The notes below the pieces were generated by a model that did no database searches, was not told the origin of the DNA, and saw only the letters and a list, made by a program, of their open reading frames with translations. Of a DNA stretch of 64,000 nt, positions 21,388 to 30,658 are shown piece by piece. Within the stretch, counting starts at the first letter, position 1; every line of letters begins with the position of its first letter. The position numbers were made by a program, and so were the translations under genes. The DNA is from an uncultured Planctomycetota bacterium (lineage in GTDB: Bacteria; Planctomycetota; Planctomycetia; Isosphaerales; Isosphaeraceae), in the NCBI GenBank assembly GCA_963845755.1, contig CAWJTV010000044.1, positions 50,936-114,935 of the forward strand. The letters run 5' to 3'.

Positions 21388-21562
21388 GGATGGTCTTCCT
21401 TTCGGGAAGCGGTTGTGGTTCGAACTCGGATGGGTTGTGCAACAGGATCGACTCGACGGGGCAGTCCGTGGTCAAGCACTCGTAGCGCGCCGCAGAACCG
21501 CGGCGAGTCCGGAAGCGGGCCGCTTGGCCGCATCCGGGGCATTCGATCGATGGGGCGGTCAT
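21365..21562 (-). CDS. Small C4 zinc-finger protein, Ogr/Delta-like
   Basis: CPGCGQAARFRTRR...YECLTTDC (C-x2-C-x17-C-x4-C); ATGA overlap with the upstream gene. Confidence 0.55.
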   Translation of the reverse strand: MTAPSIECPGCGQAARFRTRRGSAARYECLTTDCPVESILLHNPSEFEPQPLPERKTILEHRDRT

Positions 21563-22137
21563 GCTTCCGTCTTGATCAGCCCCGCAACTTCGAGTTCGTT
21601 GAGTGCGGCGCGGACTTCAGAGACCTCCATCCCGCAGGCGCTGGCGATCCTGTCGGGGGGCGTCCAGGATTCGCCGCTGTAACGGTGGCAGTACCAACGG
21701 AGCTGAGAGACGACGATCTTCGCCGCGGCGCTGATCGAACTGTCCCGAAGGGTCTCGGCATACAGACGAACGTGGCGAGTGTCGGAAGGCTCGGGGGCTT
21801 GGATCTTCAAGGCGTTCTCCGTCAGGGTGAAAACGGGAGCGAACGCGGCAGGTCTCTCAAACCTGCGCGCTCCCCGCGTGGGGCTCTCACCCCACCATTT
21901 CGGATTCTGCGATGAGTAATTCGAGGGATATGGGGCCGGAATCGACCCCAGAATGGCGAAAACGGGGCCAAACTGTGAATAGAACCATATCATTCTACGC
22001 ACATGCCGCCATCTGCAAAACTCGAAGAGCTGGCGGACGATGCCGAGCCTGATTTCAAGGCATTCGGTGAATGCTAGGGTGCCCGGAAATATGCTAGTGG
22101 ACGCTGATGGTCGCGGATCTCCGTGATTCGGAGGCAT
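21559..22137 (-). CDS. Winged-helix (HTH_36-like) protein; true start probably downstream of 22137
   Basis: ISAAAKIVVSQL...SWTPPDRIASACGMEVSEVRAALNELEVAGLI. Confidence 0.6.
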   Translation of the reverse strand: MPPNHGDPRPSASTSIFPGTLAFTECLEIRLGIVRQLFEFCRWRHVRRMIWFYSQFGPVFAILGSIPAPYPSNYSSQNPKWWGESPTRGARRFERPAAFAPVFTLTENALKIQAPEPSDTRHVRLYAETLRDSSISAAAKIVVSQLRWYCHRYSGESWTPPDRIASACGMEVSEVRAALNELEVAGLIKTEA

Positions 22138-22204
22138 TTCCCGGCCCTCTGGCGCGTGGCGCGGCCGGTCAGGTCAAATCATACTGGCGATGGTCCGCGG
22201 AGGC

Positions 22205-23281
22205 TCAGACGGCCACGCTGGCGTGCGCTGATCGAAGGGAATCCGCAATAGGCTTGCACCATCGATTCAGTTCTTCTCGCACGACGGCAGGGAACCTAGT
22301 CCAGCGATCTGGCCACATCGCTTCTCTGGAATGCTGGATAGCCGCATCGACGTCGCCGTGGGTCGCGTAATGATCACCCAGGATCTTCTTGAGCCTAGCT
22401 TTCTCAGTCGTCTCGTCTAACCCAAACAGCTTGAGTTGGATCTTGATCTCTTGCTGGACGTACGGGCTGTCTGGGGGTGCGACATGGGGCCTTGGCCGGT
22501 TATAGTTGAATGCGTCCGGACCACTGGCTTGAACACGCTCCCATGGAGCAAGCTGAACCATACCTTCCCGCTTCCAGCGTTCCAGAATGCGGAACACATA
22601 TGATTGGTCGATCTTGCCGCAACCGACCGCTTCAGAGAAAGCCGCTCCGATGTTCGACGCTGGGAATCCAGAGTGTCCCATTCGGCGCACCCACTTATCC
22701 CAGGAGTCATCTCCCAAGACGCGCCGGATGTGCTCGGCAGCCCTTTCGTATTCCGGTCCAAGAACGTCTGTGGGAGGAGGTGGTCCCTCCTCCTCTCTTT
22801 TTCGTTCATCTGAGTTAAGACTTCTACTTTGGGTGACATGGGTGACACCCCCGGGGAGACACGGATGACACCCCCCGGGTGACTCTGGTGTCACCCTCCC
22901 ATCAGATGAGGGTGACTCTGGTGTCACCCTCTTTTGCCTCCCGGGAAACCGGAAGTGGTAACGATAGCCGGTCCGGTTTCGGGGGTCGTCTGGATCAGGC
23001 TTGGCGACCTCAGCCCTGACTATCAGCCCATGACACCCTTCGCCGAGTTTCTTGAGGGCGCGCTGAATCGTCCGCTCGTTCAGGCGAGTCCGTTCTTCGA
23101 TCTTCTTGATAGTCGTCCACGCAGAGGTTGCGCCGCGGGGGCAGTATCGCAGGAACGCTGCCAAGACGACGTATTCAGTAGGGGTGAGTTTTCCCTCGCT
23201 CACAAGGTCGAGAGCGATTTCCGGAATGGGGTCGAATTTGTAAGCGAGCTTGTTTTGCTCGGCATGCTCTTGATCTTTCAT
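22205..23281 (-). CDS. Phage-type replication initiator / replisome organizer
   Basis: N-terminal wHTH (LTPTEYVVL...TRLNERTIQRALKKL), repeat-encoded linker (RVTPESP x2), DnaD-like SYVFRILERWKREG. Confidence 0.75.
   Translation of the reverse strand: MKDQEHAEQNKLAYKFDPIPEIALDLVSEGKLTPTEYVVLAAFLRYCPRGATSAWTTIKKIEERTRLNERTIQRALKKLGEGCHGLIVRAEVAKPDPDDPRNRTGYRYHFRFPGRQKRVTPESPSSDGRVTPESPGGCHPCLPGGVTHVTQSRSLNSDERKREEEGPPPPTDVLGPEYERAAEHIRRVLGDDSWDKWVRRMGHSGFPASNIGAAFSEAVGCGKIDQSYVFRILERWKREGMVQLAPWERVQASGPDAFNYNRPRPHVAPPDSPYVQQEIKIQLKLFGLDETTEKARLKKILGDHYATHGDVDAAIQHSREAMWPDRWTRFPAVVREELNRWCKPIADSLRSAHASVAV
22831..22930. repeat. Iteron cluster, probable origin inside the rep gene
   Basis: Two exact copies of the palindromic GGGTGACTCTGGTGTCACCCT (22877..22897 and 22910..22930) plus GGGTGACA and GATGACAC half-sites. 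Confidence 0.75.
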
Positions 23282-23429
23282 GGCACTCGCGTATGATGTG
23301 AGAGAATGGCACTCGCGTTTGGCCCGGGATCGTCTGGCAACGATCGCCGGGCCTTTTGTCTTAAGGGGCTGGCCGTAGCCAGCGACCAGCCCCACCGGTC
23401 GGAGCGCCGGGACCGGGTGGTTCAGTGTT

Positions 23430-23636
23430 TCAACGGCCGGTGCCCTGAGTCGCGAAGTAGAATCTCTCGACCTCGCTCCGCGTGGCCATCCAGATCCCCC
23501 CGCGACGAAATGCCTTGATCTTGTCCCCGCAGACGCCGATGGTCCGCCATCGGTATCGCGTCGTCGAAGGGATGTCCGGCAGGAGCTCCGAAAGTCGCTC
23601 GAACCGCTCCGCGTCGCAATTCGCAGTGTTCGCCAT
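23430..23636 (-). CDS. DUF1580-like small DNA-binding protein
   Basis: PSTTRYRWRTIGVCGDKIKAFRRGGIWMATRSEVERF. Confidence 0.65.
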   Translation of the reverse strand: MANTANCDAERFERLSELLPDIPSTTRYRWRTIGVCGDKIKAFRRGGIWMATRSEVERFYFATQGTGR

Positions 23637-23748
23637 GTCTGTTGCGCCCTGTTGGTTCGGCCGATTCGAGTTGACCGGCGATGGGAAAAAAAACCGAATG
23701 ATCCCTCCATTGCTATATAGCAGAAGGCTCCTCATGTCGGCTCATGGC

Positions 23749-24723
23749 TTATGTGATCTCAAGCCGGCGCTTCAGGACGGCGATACATCGGGCCAAGGTC
23801 CGCTTGACGGTCGCTTCCGAGACGCCGAATTCCCAGGCGACCTTGACGTGGATCTTGCCGCCTGCGCCATCGAATCCGAAGCGAGCCCCGAGGATCTCCC
23901 AGTCCTCCTCGGTCATGTCGCCGTCCTGGATCGCCTCACGGATCGCTCGACCGATCTCGGGCGGAACGACATCGCTCAGCGAGGTTCGCGCGATAAGAGT
24001 GGGGCGACCACCAACCCGCTGTGCGGCGTTCAGGTGCTCGTCGGCGAGCAGGGCGGCCTTTGCGGCATTGATCGGTCGCCTGTTGTTCTTCTTCTCCCGG
24101 AACATCGCCAGGATCGCGTTGACGATATACTTTCGGGCCAGGTGCTCGAATGGGCCGACCGCAGGGTCGAAGACCGATGCAGCCCGGCAGAGGGCGTCGT
24201 AAGCTTCGGCTATCATGTCCTCGTCATCCAGTCCCCTTTCGCGGAATCGGCGACCCAGGGCGATGTTGTGGGCGAGCTCCAGGTGGGCGCCCACGAGGGC
24301 CTGTTGATCCCCGGTAAGCCTATGGAAACCACCCTCGAAACCCTCCTCGGTGGTCGTCTCGTCGCCCCACTGATCGTCGCCGGCCGGCTTCCAATCGGTC
24401 TGCTCTCTCCGCCACCGCCTCATGAGATCGGGCGATGCCAGCTCCTCATCCTTGTCGCGAGGCCACGTGGGATCGAATCGGTATCGCCGGGCCAAGGAAA
24501 TGAAGAGCATGCCGTCCGTGTCATCCTCTTCCGTCGCGCCGACGAGATGACGGACGAGCCAGTGTTCGCAGTCCCCGGGTCGGAATACGGTCCCCCCTTC
24601 GTCCAGCTCCCGTTGCAGTACGACGTGGTCTCGTTCCTCGGGCGGAAGAACGGGCGGTATCCGCTCGTATGCCTTGCCGGCGGTCGCCTCGCTGGGATAC
24701 CTCGCTCCGACGCACTTGCACAT
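23749..24723 (-). CDS. Sigma-70 family sigma factor with N-terminal extension
   Basis: Region 2 (LVGAHLELAHNIA...DEDMIAEAYDALCRAASVFDP...FEHLA) and region 4 (EILGARFG...VAWEFGVSEATV). Confidence 0.8.
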   Translation of the reverse strand: MCKCVGARYPSEATAGKAYERIPPVLPPEERDHVVLQRELDEGGTVFRPGDCEHWLVRHLVGATEEDDTDGMLFISLARRYRFDPTWPRDKDEELASPDLMRRWRREQTDWKPAGDDQWGDETTTEEGFEGGFHRLTGDQQALVGAHLELAHNIALGRRFRERGLDDEDMIAEAYDALCRAASVFDPAVGPFEHLARKYIVNAILAMFREKKNNRRPINAAKAALLADEHLNAAQRVGGRPTLIARTSLSDVVPPEIGRAIREAIQDGDMTEEDWEILGARFGFDGAGGKIHVKVAWEFGVSEATVKRTLARCIAVLKRRLEIT

Positions 24724-24827
24724 GTTAGCCTCTAGGAGATGACCGCCGCGCGCAGCCCGATCGAGCCTGCGCGGCGGGGTAGAAGGAAAGGGCGTTGCAT
24801 CACCATGAAGGGTCGTTGATGGTGACG

Positions 24828-25196
24828 CTACAGTCGAAGCGCGGAAATCTCGGCATCGACCCGCGCCAACTCGGCGCGCCGGGTCTTCGTCATGGGAGCC
24901 GGCTCGATTTCGGCCTCATCCTCGCCCAATGCGGCGGCCGTGAGGCGTCTCAGGAATCGCTCGATGGCTTCCTCGGTCGTTTTCCAGCCGCCGGGAAACC
25001 GGATCGCTTCGAGCCGGATGAACTGATTGGGGCCAACGCGGACTCCGTGGACAATCCAGCGCGTCAGTGTCGCGGGATGCACTGGCCTATCGCCCCGAGA
25101 TGGGCTGAAGAGCGCGGCCGCCTGAGAGAGATTGAGTTGTGCGCGCAAGTTTGACGTCTCCGTGCGTTGCGGTTTTTGACTCCTTCGCGTGATCAT
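24828..25196 (-). CDS. DUF1580 domain protein (excisionase-like)
   Basis: LNLSQAAALF...PVHPATLTRWIVHGV...IRLEAIRFPGGWKTTEEAIERF. Confidence 0.8.
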   Translation of the reverse strand: MITRRSQKPQRTETSNLRAQLNLSQAAALFSPSRGDRPVHPATLTRWIVHGVRVGPNQFIRLEAIRFPGGWKTTEEAIERFLRRLTAAALGEDEAEIEPAPMTKTRRAELARVDAEISALRL

Positions 25197-25361
25197 TAGC
25201 CACACTTCGCGGGTACTGTTCCTCTGTCCCCACGGGGAGTCTAACACCTTTAAAACGCAATGGAATAGTTGCATTCGCAGACCCGGTGTGTTCTCGAAAG
25301 ATTCCGTGTTTCCACTGACAAGAAACGAGTAAGGTTTGCGAGGATGTGATTGAAAAATGAG

Positions 25362-25383
25362 AAAACCCGGCCGGAGCCGGGTT
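25362..25383 (-). terminator. Rho-independent terminator
   Basis: Minus strand AACCCGGC-TCCG-GCCGGGTTTT followed by CTCATTTTT. Confidence 0.6.
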
Positions 25384-25413
25384 GGGTAGGAGGCGGGATC
25401 AAGATGTAGAATC

Positions 25414-25716
25414 CTACCTCTTGGCGGCCTTCTTGGAGCGGGGGGCCTTGGGCGCCGGAGCCTCGACGGGCCGCGGATTCTCTCGCTTGAAGACATCGGC
25501 GGAGGGCTCGATCTTGATCGCAAAATTAAGATCTACATGTGGGTCCATTCCAGGGAACTCGTTCAGGCTGAACTCGATTTGTCCCGAGTCGGTCCTGACA
25601 CATGCGACCATCCCGACGGCGCGGAACGTGTCCGTGAGTACCAGTTCAAGGGCATGCGTCATATCGGCGATGTTCGCGATCGAACCCGTGGCGAAAGGCG
25701 GAATCAGGGCCTTCAT
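25414..25716 (-). CDS. Hypothetical protein, monocistronic
   Basis: GAGGGAGG RBS, its own promoter and terminator, basic C-terminal tail. Confidence 0.65.
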   Translation of the reverse strand: MKALIPPFATGSIANIADMTHALELVLTDTFRAVGMVACVRTDSGQIEFSLNEFPGMDPHVDLNFAIKIEPSADVFKRENPRPVEAPAPKAPRSKKAAKR

Positions 25717-25775
25717 AGTGCTACCTCCCTCGGTGTGAGACTCGGCGTCAGGTCGAACATCGACCCGACAAAAGT

Positions 25776-25805
25776 AGTCTAGACCACGCGCCATATCTCT
25801 GTCAA
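25776..25805 (-). promoter_or_regulatory. Sigma-70-like promoter
   Basis: Minus strand TTGACA-N18-TAGACT with an AT-rich upstream tract. Confidence 0.6.
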
Positions 25806-25915
25806 GGGTGTAAATTTAAAAATTTTTTGATCACTTGATCGAATAATCGGTTGGCAAACTGATCAGTTTTTTTCCGTCTCCGGTTGGTTCTTCGGCTCGA
25901 CGTGCCTCCGGCAAA

Positions 25916-27074
25916 TCAGCCGATCTTTTGGGCAATCTCGACGGCGAGATTCAGGTTTCTCTCGGCGTAAACCTGGGTGACGTCGGCTTTCGAGTGACCA
26001 AGTAGGACTTGAGCCGCTTCAAGTCCGTGCTCCCGGCGAACGCGGGTGGCGTAGGCATGCCTGATTTGGTTCGGCCTGAAGACGGGGATTCCAGCCTTTC
26101 GGCATCCCGCTTCGATGGCGTGGGCGTAGGACTGACGCTCGTAGAAGAGACCGGGCTTCCGCTTCGGATTCCGACGTCGGCGGTTTCGCTGGGAAGGCTG
26201 GACTGGCGTCTTCCGGCGGGAGCGGATCTCGTCTCGAAATGCCGCCATGGACTCGGCTGGTGAAAAGATGGGGGCGTCGGGATCGGCCTTCAGGAGACCT
26301 TCCAGGAGTGCCCGTGCTCGCGGGCCAAGGGGGATGACACGATCCTTGTCGCGATGGAGATTCTTGTGCTGTCGCGGCGAGTAAATCCACGGATCAACGG
26401 TCCGGTCAATCTGACCAGTCGTGATCAGGCGAGCTTCTTGCGGTCGCATGCCCGTCAACCGTTGCAGCTCGATCATTCCTCGGATCGTCGGCGGGACATG
26501 CGGTAGGACAGCCTCGATATCGGCCTCGGGCACCGGCTTGACCTTTCTCGAGGGTTTCACGGCGTCACGGCCGACGCGGAGCCCGGCAACCGCCTCGATC
26601 CGTTGGAGCGAATCAGCCGGGAGCATCTCGTTCTCGACGCCCCAGGCCACCATACGGCGAATGACGCCCATCCTGTCACGGATCGTCGTGATGGATAGGC
26701 CGCTCTCGATCATCTTGAGCCGGATCGCCTTGAACGCCACGCTGCCGAACTTGGCCGCTGGCGTGTTGCCGTAGAGTTCCCTGGCTGCCTTCAGGGCCAG
26801 CCGATATTTGTCATCGACCTTCACTATGGTCGAATGCAAATGTGAGTGGTAGCCAATAACCAGCTCTTTGACCAGGAGTTCGTCGGAGCGCCTTCTCGCG
26901 ATCCGGCATGCGCCGCCCACGGGCCATCCACTCGGCGATGAGTCGATCGTATTCGGCCCGAGACTGGGGAGTGTTCCACTTTCCCAGGTAGAAATCTACG
27001 CCGTTCAGAGTGACCACGGCTTGGCCGCTGGCGCGGTGGCGTCGGTAGGACGGGATGAATGCTTGTTGCGACAT
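25916..27074 (-). CDS. Tyrosine recombinase/integrase (frameshift near 26915)
   Basis: N-terminal PSYRRHRASGQAVVTLNG; catalytic TGMRPQE, HKN, PNQIRH, LLGH, TQVYA. Confidence 0.92.
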
Positions 27075-27194
27075 TGCATGCCTCATTGCTTGAGATCCTT
27101 CGGTAGTTCTACCGTTTGGAGCATCAAGATAAGGCTATTGTAGCAGGTCAAGGTGCATGTCGCAAATCGCCAAGACGCTTCGAGTTGCGTCTTA

Positions 27195-27267
27195 AGCCAC
27201 CTCTCGGACTCGAACCGAGGACCCCAGCTTTACGAAAGCTGTGCTCTACCGACTGAGCTAAGGTGGC
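27195..27267 (-). tRNA. tRNA-Thr(CGT), CCA not encoded
   Basis: GCCACCT/AGGTGGC acceptor stem, AGCTCAGTCGGTAGAGC D-arm, CAGCT-TTCGTAA-AGCTG anticodon arm, GGTTCGAGTCC T-arm. Confidence 0.97.
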
Positions 27268-27312
27268 GGCTGAGTGAGGGGAACGGCCCAACCCCTCAAA
27301 TCGACACTGTTC

Positions 27313-27341
27313 ACAGTAAAGGCGGGGCGATAGGGTGTCAA
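27313..27341 (-). promoter_or_regulatory. Probable tRNA promoter
   Basis: Minus strand TTGACA-N17-TACTGT, about 45 bp upstream of the tRNA. Confidence 0.55.
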
Positions 27342-27365
27342 GGTCGAGCCGAAGGTGACTCGCCA

Positions 27366-30228
27366 TCAGCGCCCTGGAGCTTCCGGTGCTCGGACCGCAC
27401 CTGTGTCGCGAAGACGCCAAAGACCCACGATGGCCAAGACCTGGGCCAGAATCAACGGCAGGAATTGAACGAATCGCCAGCGCGGAGCCAGTCGATCGAA
27501 CCAGCTCGATGCGCAGGGAGACCAGATTACGACTGAATTGCTCGCCGTAACGCCAACTAGGAGCCGGGTCCCGACCCGTCCAGAGCGGCCAGACCTGCTG
27601 GGCAAGCGGCTCGGCCAGGGGCCGTTGTTGACCGCGATCGTCGATCCCCTCATGAGGAATGCGCCCGCCGGCTCCCTGGAACAAGAGCATCTCGACTCCA
27701 CCGATTAGCGCGAGACTGATCCCGACCATGGTCGCCGCTCTCGCCCAGCGCGACGAGCCCGCCAGGAGGCCGGCGACCGGGATCATCGCGAACGGGATCA
27801 GAGGCACAAGCAGCCGCGGGCCCGTCGCCCATCCGCCCGTCCATTCCGGATAGCTCAGGTTCACCAGGAAGATCGCCACGACCACGAGCATCGAGATCAT
27901 CGCCAGGCTCCGCCGACGATTCACCATCAAGACGACCCAGCCCGGCGCCGCCAGGATCAAGATCGGCGCATAGAACAACAGTCCGCGGTAACGACCCCAG
28001 AGCAGGGGACCCAGCTTCCGCCAGTCCGGCCCCATCAAGCCCAGCGGGTTGTTGCGGTTGTGGACCCTGGCAAATTCCTCGGTCGCATGATGGAAGTATC
28101 CCATGTCCCAGGGAGAATGGAACGCGATCTGATTGTAACCCAGGAGCAGGAGGGTCGGTATCAGGGCTCCCAGGGCGAAGAGGGAGAGGCGGTCGAAACG
28201 GCGATGGCCGCCTATCCACTGCACCATCAGATAAAGTCCTAGAATGACCGAGACCGGCGCGAGCTGAAGCTCGATGACCGAAGCATAAGCCGCCAGGAAC
28301 CCCGCGAGGACCACTCTCAACCCTTCGACCTCTGGTCCCTTCGTCCAGAGGAGGAGAAACGCGCTCAGAAGCATGAACGCCGAGGCCTGGTGACCATAGG
28401 CAAGCGTCGCATAGACATAGGCCGGGGTCGAAAGACCATAAGCCAGGCCGACCAGGACGGCCGCACGGGGCGTACATCCCAGGTCACGTGCCAGCATCAC
28501 CAATAACGACGCGGCGCCGGCGGTGAGAAGACCTGATGTCCCCAGCGTGATCCAGTAGTCCGGCCACCAATGGGCGATCGGGCCGGAGTCGAGCGGGTGA
28601 CTCGGTAGATCGAAGGCCCATTTGGCGTATGAATAGGGCAGGGACGCCAGGAGCGAGTAGCCCGGGAGCTTATCCGAATAGAACCGTCCCTCGAATTCGG
28701 CCTTGTCGCCAGTCTGCTGATCCAGACCGGTGATCGAAACCGTGGCACGGTCAACCATCGCGTAAGTGAGCATGAGCCGGCTCGCGGTATTCCAATCGCG
28801 CGAATGCCAGAAGAATGCGTAGCTGCTCCACAGGATGACGAAGACCCAGACTGCCGGGGCATAGAGCTTGCTCCAGGCCGCCTGAAGGGGATCCCGGAGC
28901 CGATCCCAGATCGCCGAAACTCCGACCGCGGCCAGCAGCGCGTTCGGGGCCTGGATCGGCAGGAGATAACGGTCCCAGGCCATCGGCAGATACGCCGCCA
29001 CGACGCACCAGGCCACCACGGCCCAGATCAGCAAAGCAAAGGCCGTCGGTGGCAGACCTTCCCGGACTTGATTCCGACCGAGTCGGATGGTGTTCACCAA
29101 GCCGAAGAGGACCAGGGGCCACCAGAGGACCGCCCCCCAATCTTGGCGCCCCTCGAAGCGCACCTTGGAATTCGATTCGCTCGGTCCGAACGGACCAAAT
29201 CGTCCGAATCCCTGCGTGACGAAGACCTTAGCCCTGTCGGGCATTGTCTTGAGCGCATCGTCGGGGAAGCTTTTTTGCTGGCCCGCCGAGCTCTCGAGGC
29301 GATAGTCGATCATGCGACGGGACCGCTGCCAGAGGTTCTCATGCGGTTTAGCGATGCACCAGGGGTTGAGACGCCCCTGGGGTTTGGCCGTCATCGCGGG
29401 ATTTAGAGCGATGAAGACCGCGAGGGCAATGGCCGCAATCCCCGCGGCCGCGCCGAACACGGCCATTTGTCGCAACGGCGCCAAACGTGGAGCGATCAGC
29501 GCCACGGTTCCCCAGCAACCGATGACGATCAGCCCGAGCACGCCGTTGAACTTGCAAAGGATCGACAGGCCGGCGGCGATCCCCGCTAATGCGAGAAGCA
29601 GGAGACTCCCTGGCCGGAAACGGCGGGACCAGATCCGCTGGATCGCGCATAGGGCCAGTCCCAGAGCCGCGATGAGAAACGCTTCGTAGGGGACTTCGGA
29701 CATCGCGCGGTGTGCGTGGAGAGCATAAAGCGGATTGAGCATCAGCAGGACTGCGGCGATCGTACCGACGCGCCGATCCTTGACCAAAACGCCGCAACCG
29801 AAGAGGGCGACGCAGCCCAGGGCTCCCAGGAAGGGGATCGGAATGCGCGCAGCAGTCAGGGTGTCGCGGTCGCCGAACTGATAGTGGGTGTTCGGATACC
29901 ACTTCGCCGCATCCGACGGTCCGGGCATGCGAAGGTGGGCCGCCCGCAAACTGGCCCCGATCAGGTATTTCGGCACCGGCTGGAGGTCAAAGGCGAAGAG
30001 GTCCAGCCAGTCGGGATGGTTGAACTGTCCGCCGAAGAACCAGTCGGCATAGTAGCTCTGCGTGATATAAGCGTATTCATCCACGAACGAGTCTGCAAAG
30101 AGGCTCGTCGCGTAAAGCGCCAGCGCCAGTAACCCGAGGACCGCGGCCCGTCGCGGCAGGTACGTTGCGGACTGCGGGGAGTTTGTCGAGCGTGCACGGT
30201 GCTCGGGTGGCGTAAACCCCATGTGCAA
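27366..30228 (-). CDS. Polytopic membrane protein with two fused GT-C (ArnT/PMT-like) glycosyltransferase modules; frameshift near 27510
   Basis: Module 1 DEYAY...AHRAMSE...CKFNG...WDRYLLP; module 2 NTASR...YSDKLPG...GGWATGPRLLVP; the true end lies in frame 27366..27701, so the gene does not cross the tRNA. Confidence 0.75.
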
Positions 30229-30658
30229 GAGAAGCCTTGAGAGATTTAGCGGCTACGCAGCAAAGACTTAAAGTCCCATTCTAGATTTAGGTCGGTTTCT
30301 TTGGCAACGGTGCGATCATCGGCTAAGTTTCATCGACGGCCCTTTGCGATGGGGTCGTCCTTGAGGTTCCATACCCCTGCGTCGATTGGGCGAACTGGTC
30401 GATCGTGCGAGCCGGCCGCGGGTCTCCGGGAAATCGGTGACGAGGTGAGAGAACGGCGGGCTCAGCCATCGGATCACCCTCTCGCCGCTCCTGGGAACGA
30501 TCACCGAACGTTGAGCCGGCACCCCGAGCGTCCCGAAGTGCATCATCCCCTACGGTCGCTCTCATGGCTTGGAGACTCGACTGGGCGGGGCTCGACTCGC
30601 GTCGTGAGCGACGACCGTCGATGATGCGCGCGGCGGTGTCCAAGAACAGGAGAATCGA

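Larger units (their letters stand above)
14936..27236. mobile_element. Integrative element (phage-satellite-like or reduced prophage) inserted in tRNA-Thr(CGT)
   Basis: 43-bp direct repeats, tyrosine integrase next to the tRNA, phage-like genes all on the minus strand. Confidence 0.92.

Noticed and set aside
27148..27365. ORF-track extension of the 1026-aa membrane protein across tRNA-Thr
   Set aside because: Artefact of a frameshift near 27510; the hydrophobic C-terminus continues in the frame ending at 27366
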